Source of the DNA: an uncultured Gemmatimonadales bacterium
GTDB lineage: Bacteria > Gemmatimonadota > Gemmatimonadetes > Gemmatimonadales > GWC2-71-9
Assembly (NCBI GenBank): GCA_963728915.1
Contig: CAVSLV010000002.1
Location: 288,001-352,000, forward strand
DNA length: 64,000 bases
Direction: 5' to 3'
Every line of letters begins with the position of its first letter. Within the stretch, counting starts at the first letter, position 1. Positions 18,599 through 27,772 of this stretch are shown here, piece after piece. The position numbers and the translations under genes were made by a program. The notes under the pieces were generated by a model. That model searched no databases. It saw nothing but the letters and a program-made list of their open reading frames with translations, and was not told the origin of the DNA.

Positions 18599-20901
18599 GC
18601 CAGCCCCCGGCGCCGGCGGTAGGCCCAATCGGTTCCGAGCAGGCCGATCAGGAGGAGGAAGACGATCGGCATGTCCCACAGGTCGCGCGATTCCCGAACC
18701 GTCACCCCGCTCTCGGTGTATCCCACGTCGTCGGACAGACCGGCGGCCTGGGCCAGCGGGTAGTAGCGGCCTCCGGTTTCCCCCGCGACCCGTTCGAGCA
18801 GTTGCGTCCGGAGCTCGGGTTGCTCGACGTCGGCGCCGAAGTCGTCGACCAGCAGCGCCGATGGATCGGCGCGACTCACCCCCGGCTCTCCGCTCCGGCG
18901 GGCCTCGGCCTCGACCCGGTAAATGCCGGGATCGGTCGCGACGTATCGCCCTTCGTAAATCCCGTCGCCTCGCATGGTCCAGGTGAGAGGGACTTCGATG
19001 GTGTCACCCGCCGGCGCGACGACCCGCGCCACCACCGAGCCGTCGTTTGCATCGAGATAGCTCTGATCCACCAGCCGGGCCCGAAGCGTTGCCGGCTCTC
19101 CCGGCCCGACCCGGGTCGGCGACGCGGCCACTTCAAGCCGCTCCGGCACCCCATCCAGCGACCAGCGAATGAGCTGGCGCCAGAACGTCGAATGGGTCCG
19201 GTCCTCCACCGGAATCCGGGCATCCATGCGCCAGAGCCAGGTATCCTGGATGTCCAGCAGCGCGACCGTCCCCCGGCCGAATCGCTGCACCACGAGAAGC
19301 GGCTGGTTCGGTCCCGCTCCATTGCTGGCGGTCGGCTTGCCGGTGAGCAGCACGGTGGCGCCAGGCTTGGTCGGTCCCAGCGGGTTAACCGAGGTGATGG
19401 CCGGCATCGAGTCCCAGCGGGCGGTGGCGTCCTCGGTCGCGCCGAGCTGAAGGATCGGGTGGACCTTGCCGGCGGGGGTAATACGCGGAACCAGGTCGAC
19501 GACGACCGGATCGGTTTCATCGTTTGCGGGACGGCGGAGGGTGACCGGCAGGATTTCCTCGAGCGGGGTATCGGCATAGCCGCCTTCCGCGAGGGCCGAC
19601 CGGCCTCCCAGCACGATGAGCCCCCCTCCCCGCCGGCTCACGAAATCGGCCAGCATGCGAAGCTGATCGCCGGTGAAGAAGGACGCCTCGATGCTTCCCA
19701 GCACGATCGCGCGGTAGCGGAAGAGCTCTTCCCTTCTGGTCGGGAATCCGCTCGCCAGCTCCAGGCTGTCGTCCACTCCGAGCCGGAGGTATTTGCCCTT
19801 GGCGCTTCGGAGCAGGGCCACGAGCTGCAAGGCGCTGTCGCCGGCGACCGCGCGACGGATGAACGCCAGCTCGGGTCGGGGCTCACCCTCGACATACAGG
19901 ATCTTCTCCGGACCGGGACGAACCCGGAGCACGCTCCGGTATTCGTTGTTCTCGGTGACGATTTCGCCGGGAATCGGCCGGATCCTGAAGGTGAGCGGAT
20001 GGGAGCCGGGCGCGAGCTGGGGGAGTCGAAGCTGGACCCGGGTGATGTCTTCCTTGCCGACCGGCACGCTGCGCTGCGCGACCACCCGTCCATCGTCCTC
20101 CGCCACCAGCTCGAGCTGCTGGCCGCTCAATCCCCGAACCCGGATCGCGACTTCGGTCAGCACCCCGGCGCCGGTCAATGCGCTTGCTGGAAGCGCCACC
20201 CGCTCGATCCCGGCATCCTTCTCGAATCGCTCCTGGCCCACTCCCACGGTGTACACCGGGACCTTCCGGGCTCGCAACGAGAGGAGCGGGGCGGTCAGGT
20301 CGGCGCCGGCGTTGTCCGCCCCGTCGGACACCAGCACCAGTCCGGCCAGTGGCGCTCCGGCCAGCTCGTCCTGGGCAGCCTGGAGTGCTCCGGCCAGATC
20401 GGTCCGGGTCCCGTTGCCCTTGAGCGCCGCCGCCCCGGTCACCGCACCGGCGTCGGCCCCGAACCGGAAGAACCGCAACACGAACCGATCGCCCAATCGT
20501 CGCACTAGGGCGGCCGAATCGCCGAACGCCGCCTTCACCGCATCGAGCCGGTTCCCGCCGTTCACGTCGTTGAGCCGCATGCTCCGCGAATCGTCGAGGA
20601 GGATGCCGAGGATGTTGCGCTGGGGCACCGAGCTCGAGAGGAGCAGAACCGGACGCAGCAGGCAGCCGGCGAGGAGCAGCACCACGGCGAGCCGGATGGC
20701 CCCCAGCACCAGCCGGTCACGACCAGGCGCCGAGGTTCGAAGGCCGCGGAGCGCGATGAGCAGGACGATCACCGCGACCAGCAGCGCTCCGATGAGCAAC
20801 GGTACCGGAAGGCCGGGGGCCAAGGCCAGCACGCCCCGCCGGAACAGGTGCGGGGGGTACTTGAAGAGAAAGGCGAGCAGCGCGTCGAGGGAGTTTTGCA
20901 C
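18595..20901 (-). CDS. Membrane protein with VWA and glutamine-amidotransferase-like domains
   Basis: TM helices, MIDAS motif LLDDSRSM, VSDG, ILYVEGEPRPE, FVSRRGGGLIVLGG, and C-terminal TM ending RRRRGLA. Start is uncertain (20901 GTG or 20928 ATG). Confidence 0.8.
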   Translation of the reverse strand: MQNSLDALLAFLFKYPPHLFRRGVLALAPGLPVPLLIGALLVAVIVLLIALRGLRTSAPGRDRLVLGAIRLAVVLLLAGCLLRPVLLLSSSVPQRNILGILLDDSRSMRLNDVNGGNRLDAVKAAFGDSAALVRRLGDRFVLRFFRFGADAGAVTGAAALKGNGTRTDLAGALQAAQDELAGAPLAGLVLVSDGADNAGADLTAPLLSLRARKVPVYTVGVGQERFEKDAGIERVALPASALTGAGVLTEVAIRVRGLSGQQLELVAEDDGRVVAQRSVPVGKEDITRVQLRLPQLAPGSHPLTFRIRPIPGEIVTENNEYRSVLRVRPGPEKILYVEGEPRPELAFIRRAVAGDSALQLVALLRSAKGKYLRLGVDDSLELASGFPTRREELFRYRAIVLGSIEASFFTGDQLRMLADFVSRRGGGLIVLGGRSALAEGGYADTPLEEILPVTLRRPANDETDPVVVDLVPRITPAGKVHPILQLGATEDATARWDSMPAITSVNPLGPTKPGATVLLTGKPTASNGAGPNQPLLVVQRFGRGTVALLDIQDTWLWRMDARIPVEDRTHSTFWRQLIRWSLDGVPERLEVAASPTRVGPGEPATLRARLVDQSYLDANDGSVVARVVAPAGDTIEVPLTWTMRGDGIYEGRYVATDPGIYRVEAEARRSGEPGVSRADPSALLVDDFGADVEQPELRTQLLERVAGETGGRYYPLAQAAGLSDDVGYTESGVTVRESRDLWDMPIVFLLLIGLLGTDWAYRRRRGLA

Positions 20902-20954
20902 GAACGACGGTATCTTAGGACCTCCCATTGGGAAGATACTTCCTCGGAGGAACG

Positions 20955-22073
20955 ATGCGGGAGCGGCTCGCTGCCCTGGACGCCTTTCGGGGCCTTACCA
21001 TCGCCGGGATGCTGCTCGTCAACAACCCCGGCACCTGGAGCGCGATCTACCCCCCGCTCGAGCACGCCCCCTGGCACGGCTGGACTCCGACCGACCTCAT
21101 CTTCCCCTTTTTCGTGTTCATCGTGGGGATCACCACCCACCTGTCGCTGGAGAGTGCCGAACGCCGGGGACTTGCACCCTCCACCGTGCGCCTCCGCATC
21201 CTGAAGCGCGGGATGCTCATCATCCTCCTTGGTTTGATGCTCCAGTCGTTCCCCTGGTTTCCCCTGTCCCGGATTACCGAGGTTCGTTTTCCCGGGGTGC
21301 TCCAGCGGATCGGTCTCTGCTACCTGGCGACAGGCTTTTTCGCCCGGGGGCGGTCGTCCCGGACGGTGGTCGGGCTGGTGCTCCTGCTGCTCTTCGGATA
21401 CTGGGGGCTCCAGACCCTGGTGGCGCCCCCTGGAGTCCTCCACCCGACCATCGACGTCCCCGGCGACACCTTGTCGGCGTGGATCGACCGGACCGTCTTC
21501 GGGGGCCATCTCTGGCGCGAATCGCGAACCTGGGATCCGGAGGGAATCCTCTCGACCCTGCCGGCCATCGGCACCTGTCTTCTGGGGTTACTGACTGGGC
21601 GCTGGCTGAGCCGGACCCTGCCCCTCGCCGAGCGGCTGAACGGACTTTTTTCGGCCGGAGCGATCGGGATGTCGGCGGGGCTCGTCTGGAACTGGTTCTT
21701 CCCGATCAACAAGAATCTGTGGACCAGCTCCTACGTGGTCTTCACCGCCGGGATGGCGGCAGTGATTCTCGGGGTATGCCTGTGGGTGATGGACGTGAAG
21801 GGATGGCGTCGCGGGACCGGCCTGCTGGTGACCTACGGCCTCAATCCGCTGACCGCTTTCCTCGGCTCGGGGGCCATGGCCCGTATCCTCGGCATGATTC
21901 AGGTCTCCTACGGGGGGGAGGCCGTCTCGCTCCAGCAGGCGATCTATCGGGCGGGGTTCGCGTCCTGGCTCACCCCGCGCAACGCGTCGCTCGGCTATGC
22001 GATCGGGTTCGTCCTGCTGTGGTACGCGATCCTGCGGGTTATGGAGCGCCGGGGACTGGTCTGGCGCGTGTAA
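20955..22073 (+). CDS. Heparan-alpha-glucosaminide N-acetyltransferase-like membrane protein (NagX/DUF5009)
   Basis: Motifs [44 protein letters not shown] and [16 protein letters not shown]. Confidence 0.88.
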   Translation: MRERLAALDAFRGLTIAGMLLVNNPGTWSAIYPPLEHAPWHGWTPTDLIFPFFVFIVGITTHLSLESAERRGLAPSTVRLRILKRGMLIILLGLMLQSFPWFPLSRITEVRFPGVLQRIGLCYLATGFFARGRSSRTVVGLVLLLLFGYWGLQTLVAPPGVLHPTIDVPGDTLSAWIDRTVFGGHLWRESRTWDPEGILSTLPAIGTCLLGLLTGRWLSRTLPLAERLNGLFSAGAIGMSAGLVWNWFFPINKNLWTSSYVVFTAGMAAVILGVCLWVMDVKGWRRGTGLLVTYGLNPLTAFLGSGAMARILGMIQVSYGGEAVSLQQAIYRAGFASWLTPRNASLGYAIGFVLLWYAILRVMERRGLVWRV

Positions 22074-22089
22074 TCGGGGTCAGGCCCGA

Positions 22090-22656
22090 TCAGTCCTTGG
22101 CGCGATCGATGTACTCACCGGTGGTCGGGTTGACCCGGACCCGCTCGCCGTTCTGGATGAATTCCGGCACGTTGATGGTGACGCCGTTGCTGAGGGTCGC
22201 CGGTTTGGTGGAGGCCGTCTTGGTGGCGGTCTTCATCACCGGAGTCGTCTCGGTCACTTCGAAGGTCAATGCACTGGGGAGCTGGATTCCGATTGGCCGT
22301 CCCTCGTACCACTCCGCCAGAATCCGCATCCCTTCGGTCATCCACTTCGCGGCATCGCCCAGAGTTTCTTCCTCGATCTCGATCTGGTCGTAATTCTCCG
22401 CATTCATGAAGTGGTAGGTGGTGCCCGCCTTGTACATGAAATCCAGCTCGTGGGTCTCGAGCTCGGCCACATCGACCGTATCGGTCGAGCGGAAGCGGTG
22501 CTCGATCTGGGTCCCGGTCTTGAGCCGGCGCAGCTTGGCTTGCACCATGGCCCGGAGGTTCCCCGGGGTGTGGTGATGGAAGTCGAGGACCCGGCAGGGT
22601 TCCCCGTTGAAGATGATCGCCATGCCCCGGCGGATGTCGCTGGCAATGATTCCCAT
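22090..22656 (-). CDS. efp: Translation elongation factor P
   Basis: 188 aa EF-P architecture (DIRRGMAI, HHTPGN, FMNAENYDQ, KPATLSNG, VPEFI). Confidence 0.93.
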   Translation of the reverse strand: MGIIASDIRRGMAIIFNGEPCRVLDFHHHTPGNLRAMVQAKLRRLKTGTQIEHRFRSTDTVDVAELETHELDFMYKAGTTYHFMNAENYDQIEIEEETLGDAAKWMTEGMRILAEWYEGRPIGIQLPSALTFEVTETTPVMKTATKTASTKPATLSNGVTINVPEFIQNGERVRVNPTTGEYIDRAKD

Positions 22657-22860
22657 GGTTTCCGATCCCGTAAATACAGGCAGCCATTAAAGATAGGTCC
22701 ATGGAGCCCGGGATTCAACTGATCGATTCAGGCCCCCGTCAAAACCCGGCCTCGAATCCCGCCGGCGCGCAGAACTTTCCAGTCCCAGAGACCGCAACGC
22801 TTGGTTGGTTTGCGGCATCCAATTCGGTTACGAACCACAACCGGTACTCCTGAGGTGGCA

Positions 22861-25608
22861 ATGCGGTGTACGGCAGTCTCTCTCATCCCCGTGGTGTTGA
22901 TCGCCGCCGCCAGCCGGTTGGAGGCTCAGGCCCCGGGCAGCGAAGGGCACGGCTCCGCTGCTGCTCACTCCTCCATCACTCACCCCATTCCGTCACCCTC
23001 GGTGCGGGCCCTCCGGCGGGACGCGGCGATCACCCTCGATGGGAATCTCGACGAGCCGAGCTGGAAAGAGGCCGAGGTGGCCACGGATTTCCGGCAGGCT
23101 CAGCCCAACCCGGGAGAGCCCGCGACCCAGCGCACCGAGATCCGGATTCTCTACGATGACGAGGCCCTGTATCTCGGGGCCCGGATGTTCGACGATCACG
23201 GGGCCAGGGGGGTCAGGACCCAACTGGTTCGGCGGGACGGCCAGGCGTCGAACAGCGATCAGATTCAGTTCGTGTTCGATACCTATCACAACCACATAGG
23301 CCGGACTCTGTTCACCGCGAACCCGTCCGGTGTCAAGTTCGACGCGGGCCAGGCCACCGAATACGGCGACCCGGCGTGGGATCCGGTCTGGGAGGTCAAG
23401 ACCCGGATCGACTCGCTCGGATGGACCGCGGAAATCCGGATTCCGTTTTCTCAGCTCCGGTTCTCCCGCGATTCGGTCCAGGTCTGGGGGATGGAGGTGT
23501 GGCGGACCGAGGCGCGTCTCAATGAGGTCTCCATGTGGTCCTACTGGGGACCCAGTGAGGCGGGAGGGCCCTCGCGGTTCGGCCACCTTACCGAGCTGGC
23601 GCCCGGACGCGGCGCCAACCGGCGACTCGAGCTGCTGCCCTACACCGTGGGACGATACCAGCGGCTCCAGCCCGGCGATCCGGCGGATCCGTTCTATCAT
23701 CAGCGCAAGGTGGATGGACGGTTCGGGGCGGATCTCAAGTATCTGCTGACCTCCAACCTCACCCTCGACGCGACCATCAACCCCGATTTCGGCCAGGTCG
23801 AGGTGGACCCCGCCGTGGTGAATCTGTCGGCATTCGAGACCTACTTCGAGGAGAAGCGGCCCTTCTTCATCGAGGGAAGCGGCACGTTCGGTTTCGGAGG
23901 ATTCAGCTGCTTCTTCTGCAGCAACGTCTCCTCCCTGTCGCTCTTCTACAGCCGGCGAATCGGCCGGAGTCCGCAGGGCGTGCTGCCCTCCGACGCCACC
24001 TACTCCTCGATCCCCGATGCGACCTCGATCCTCGGCGCCGCGAAAATCACGGGCCGGAGCCGCGGCGGGCTCACCCTGGGGTTGCTCAATGCGGTCACCG
24101 GCCGGGAGCAGGCCACCGCCCTGGTGGACGGGGACCAGATCAAGCAGGAGGTGGAGCCGCTCACCAATTATTTCGTCGGCCGGGTGAAGCAGGACTTGCG
24201 GGGCGGCAACTTGGTGCTTGGGGGAATGGTCACCTCGGTGGCGCGCTCGATGGACGATCCTCTGCTGATCGGGCGGCTCAACCGGCACTCCGAAGCGGTC
24301 GGGGTGGACTGGGCGGCCCGGTGGAAGAACCGGACCTGGTCCCTGGTCGGCAATTTCGCCTTCACCAACAACGTGGGCGACTCCGCCGCGATTCTCCGGC
24401 TCCAGACCTCGAGCGCCCGCTACTTCCAGCGGCCCGACCGGGAGGCCCACGGCAACGGGTTCCTCACCAACGGGTACGATCCGGGGCTGACCAGCTTTCG
24501 CGGGTTAGGCGGCTACACCCGCTTCGCCAAGGACGCCGGCAAGGTCCTCTTCGAATCCACGGTCAACTGGCGGAGTCCCGGCTTCGAGGCCAACGACGTC
24601 GCCTTCAATACCAGGGCGGACTATCTCTGGGGCAACACCAACGTCGCCCTCTCGCTGACCAAGCCGACCAGGTGGTACCAGAACTGGTTCCTGGTGACCG
24701 GCACTCAGGGCGCCATCAATGCCGATGGAGACCGGACCGACTCACAGTTCCACGGCGGCGCCTTCGGCACCCTCCGCAACTACTGGAACGTGAACGCCTT
24801 CGTGATCTACCGGCCCAGCGTGTTCGACGACCGGCTCACCCGGGGCGGGCCGGTGGTCAAGCGGCCCGCCAGCATGTTCTACGAGCTCAGCGTGAGCACC
24901 GATGGCCGCAAGCGGGTCCAGCTGGGTCTCAGTTCCAACTACTTCCGTTCCTCCGAGGGGTACGACGACAAGACCCTCTCCGCCCAGGTCCAGCTCCGGG
25001 TGGCGTCCAACGTCACGGTGTCGCTCTCACCGTTCTTCGACCACACCAGAAGCAACCGGCAGTACGTCGATACCTTCACCGATCCCACCGCGACGGCCTT
25101 CTTCGGTTCCCGCTATCTCTTTGCCGGGATCGACCAGAAGACCGCGAGCCTCGATACCCGGATGAGCCTGACCTTCAGCCCGACGCTGAGCTTCGAGCTC
25201 TACGCCCAACCCTTCATTTCGAGCGCCCACTACAGCCGCTTCAAGGAAGTCGCGGCCCCCCGAAGTCTCGATGTGGTGGTCTATGGCGAGGACGCCGGCA
25301 CCGTGACGACCGACCTGGACGGCAACGGCCGGGTCAGCACCTATCACATCGATCCGGATGGGGGTGGCCCGGCGCCGGAAATGGTGGTCTCCAATCCCGA
25401 CTTCAACCTGCGCTCGCTCCGCGGCAATGCGGTGCTCCGGTGGGAGTACCGGCCCGGGTCCACCTTGTTCCTGGTCTGGACCCGGACCGGCAGCGATTTC
25501 GTCAACGGAATCGGGGATCTTCGATTCTCGCGGGACGTGGACGCCCTCTTTTCAGCGAAGGCGGACAACATCTTCCTGGTCAAGCTGAACTACTGGATCA
25601 ACAGATAG
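22861..25608 (+). CDS. CBM9-like + DUF5916 outer-membrane beta-barrel protein
   Basis: Signal peptide, ITLDGNLDEPSW, WTAEIRIPFSQLRF, TINPDFGQVEVD, EKRPFFIEG, and terminal LVKLNYW. Confidence 0.85.
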   Translation: MRCTAVSLIPVVLIAAASRLEAQAPGSEGHGSAAAHSSITHPIPSPSVRALRRDAAITLDGNLDEPSWKEAEVATDFRQAQPNPGEPATQRTEIRILYDDEALYLGARMFDDHGARGVRTQLVRRDGQASNSDQIQFVFDTYHNHIGRTLFTANPSGVKFDAGQATEYGDPAWDPVWEVKTRIDSLGWTAEIRIPFSQLRFSRDSVQVWGMEVWRTEARLNEVSMWSYWGPSEAGGPSRFGHLTELAPGRGANRRLELLPYTVGRYQRLQPGDPADPFYHQRKVDGRFGADLKYLLTSNLTLDATINPDFGQVEVDPAVVNLSAFETYFEEKRPFFIEGSGTFGFGGFSCFFCSNVSSLSLFYSRRIGRSPQGVLPSDATYSSIPDATSILGAAKITGRSRGGLTLGLLNAVTGREQATALVDGDQIKQEVEPLTNYFVGRVKQDLRGGNLVLGGMVTSVARSMDDPLLIGRLNRHSEAVGVDWAARWKNRTWSLVGNFAFTNNVGDSAAILRLQTSSARYFQRPDREAHGNGFLTNGYDPGLTSFRGLGGYTRFAKDAGKVLFESTVNWRSPGFEANDVAFNTRADYLWGNTNVALSLTKPTRWYQNWFLVTGTQGAINADGDRTDSQFHGGAFGTLRNYWNVNAFVIYRPSVFDDRLTRGGPVVKRPASMFYELSVSTDGRKRVQLGLSSNYFRSSEGYDDKTLSAQVQLRVASNVTVSLSPFFDHTRSNRQYVDTFTDPTATAFFGSRYLFAGIDQKTASLDTRMSLTFSPTLSFELYAQPFISSAHYSRFKEVAAPRSLDVVVYGEDAGTVTTDLDGNGRVSTYHIDPDGGGPAPEMVVSNPDFNLRSLRGNAVLRWEYRPGSTLFLVWTRTGSDFVNGIGDLRFSRDVDALFSAKADNIFLVKLNYWINR

Positions 25609-25731
25609 GAGGATGGGAGGCTAGGAGGAATAGCCTCCGTGCCCGAAATTGCACTGCGGCGCCCGGGGCGAGTTTTTCGAATTCCCGGCCCGCGGGCTAT
25701 GTTTGGCGACCCCTCAGCAAGATCGTGTTTC

Positions 25732-27759
25732 GTGGCGACGACCCGGCTTTGCCCATCCTGCAACACCCCGCTGCCTGAGCAGGCGACGGTCTGCTATGTC
25801 TGCGGATCGGCCACCCCCCCCGCCATCGACAAGGAAACGGGGGAAATGCTCATTCCGGAGGGCCTGGTCCATCCCGGCGCCGCCACCGAGAGCCTGGTCG
25901 CCAAGCTCAAGCCGGCGCTGGGTAATCATTACGAGCTCGGGCATCTCATCGGGAGGGGTGGGTTCGCCGAGGTATTCCAGGTTCGCGATGTCTGGCTCAA
26001 GCGGGACCTCGCGCTCAAAGCCCTCCGGCCCGACCTCGGGGTCTCCGAAACCATCCTGGCCCGGTTCCGCCGGGAAGCGGAGGCGGTCGCCGCGCTCCGC
26101 CACCCGAACATCGTGCCGATCTACGACATCGGCGAAGCCGACGGCATCATGTACATCCTGATGCCGCTCATCAAGGGCGAGAGCCTCAAATCCCTGCTCG
26201 CCCGGGATGGGCGTCGGCCGATCACCGAGGCCCGCCGCATCATGCTCGAGGCGGCGGCGGCGCTCGGCGCGGCGCACGAGGCCGGCCTGATCCACCGGGA
26301 CATCAAGCCCGAGAACATCATGCTGGAGGGCAAGGCCCGCCGGGTACTGGTCATGGACTTCGGTATCGCCAAGGTGATGGACGCCGCGGGCGACAGCACG
26401 CTCACCTCGACCGGCACCATCGTCGGGACTCCGCACTACATGAGTCCCGAACAGGCAAGCGGGGATCCCCGCATCGATGCCCGCACCGACCAGTACTCCC
26501 TCGCCGTGGTCGGCTACCACATGCTCACCGGGGCGGTCCCCTTCGAAGGGGAGAGTACCCGCCAGGTGCTCTTCAAGCAGATGATGGAGTCACCGCGCTC
26601 GATGCGGGAGCTGGTTCCCGAGGTCCCCCAGGCCCTGATGGAAGCGGTTTCCCGCGCCATGGCGAAGGAAGCCGCCGAGCGATTCCCCTCGATGGAGTCC
26701 TTCGCGGAAACCATCGAACAGACCATCATGGAGGAAACCCGGGCCGCGGCGCTCGCGACGGTGCCTCCTCGCAAGCGATCCCGGGCGACCTGGATGGCGG
26801 CGGGCGCGGGGTTGCTGGTCGTTGCCGCGGTGGCGGCGGCCCTGATCAAACGCGGACCCCAGGCGGAGGTTCGTCAGACCGACAGCGCCGCCGTCGCCGT
26901 CGACACGACCCGGCACGCGGATTCGCTGGCGCCTTCGGGCCAGAACCCATCGGGGACCGAGGTGGCGGCCATCGTCCCTCCCCCGGCGCCGACAGCCGCG
27001 ACCTCCTCCAATTCGAAGAAGACCCCGACCCCCGATCCCAAGCGCGCCGGTCCATCTCCCGTGGCGCCGCCGCCGGCTCCTCCCAGCGCCCCGGGAGCGG
27101 CGACCTGCGCGAAGGCCGCCGCCAGCGACGATCGCGATCTGGCGTTCCGGGTCTGCACCCAGGAGGCCCAGCGGGGAAGCCCGGTTTCTGAACGTCTTCT
27201 CGCCGGACTCTACGATCAGAGCCAGGTGCCCGGGCACGACACCGAGGCGGCGAGCTGGTATCGCAAAGCGGCCGAGGCGGGAGACCTGCCGTCCCAGCTC
27301 CGCTATGGACAGCTCCTGAGCCTCGGCAAGGGAGTGGCCAAGAACGAGCTCGAGGCCACCGAGCGGATCCGCCAGGCCGCCGAAGCCGACTATCAACCCG
27401 CCTGGATGGTCCTGGCCGACCGGTTCGAGAAGGGACTGGGGACCCGCAAGAGCGACAAGGATGCGGCGTACTGGACCCGGAAGGCCGCTGAAAAGGGCGA
27501 GGTGCTCGCCCAGGCCAAGCTGGGCGACATGTATCTCCGCGGCAAGGGCGTCGACAAGGACGAAACGGAAGCGCTTCGCTGGTTCCGTCTCGCGGCCGAC
27601 CAGGGCAACGTCGACGCCGAGTACGAGCTCGGCATGGCCTACCTGCGGGGCCGCGGCGGCGTGGCCAAGTCGGATTCTGCGGGTTATGCCTGGCTCGCCA
27701 AGGCAGCGGAGAAAGGGCACCCCGAAGCACAGCGAGAGATGCAGCGACGCAAGCCCTGA
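25732..27759 (+). CDS. Hanks-type Ser/Thr kinase with N-terminal zinc ribbon, TM helix and Sel1 repeats
   Basis: CPSC..CYVC, GRGGFAEV, HRDIKPEN, DFGIAK and GTPHYMSPEQ; Sel1 motifs such as AQAKLGDMYLRGKGV. Confidence 0.9.
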   Translation: MATTRLCPSCNTPLPEQATVCYVCGSATPPAIDKETGEMLIPEGLVHPGAATESLVAKLKPALGNHYELGHLIGRGGFAEVFQVRDVWLKRDLALKALRPDLGVSETILARFRREAEAVAALRHPNIVPIYDIGEADGIMYILMPLIKGESLKSLLARDGRRPITEARRIMLEAAAALGAAHEAGLIHRDIKPENIMLEGKARRVLVMDFGIAKVMDAAGDSTLTSTGTIVGTPHYMSPEQASGDPRIDARTDQYSLAVVGYHMLTGAVPFEGESTRQVLFKQMMESPRSMRELVPEVPQALMEAVSRAMAKEAAERFPSMESFAETIEQTIMEETRAAALATVPPRKRSRATWMAAGAGLLVVAAVAAALIKRGPQAEVRQTDSAAVAVDTTRHADSLAPSGQNPSGTEVAAIVPPPAPTAATSSNSKKTPTPDPKRAGPSPVAPPPAPPSAPGAATCAKAAASDDRDLAFRVCTQEAQRGSPVSERLLAGLYDQSQVPGHDTEAASWYRKAAEAGDLPSQLRYGQLLSLGKGVAKNELEATERIRQAAEADYQPAWMVLADRFEKGLGTRKSDKDAAYWTRKAAEKGEVLAQAKLGDMYLRGKGVDKDETEALRWFRLAADQGNVDAEYELGMAYLRGRGGVAKSDSAGYAWLAKAAEKGHPEAQREMQRRKP

Positions 27760-27772
27760 TGGGGCGGCTGGC

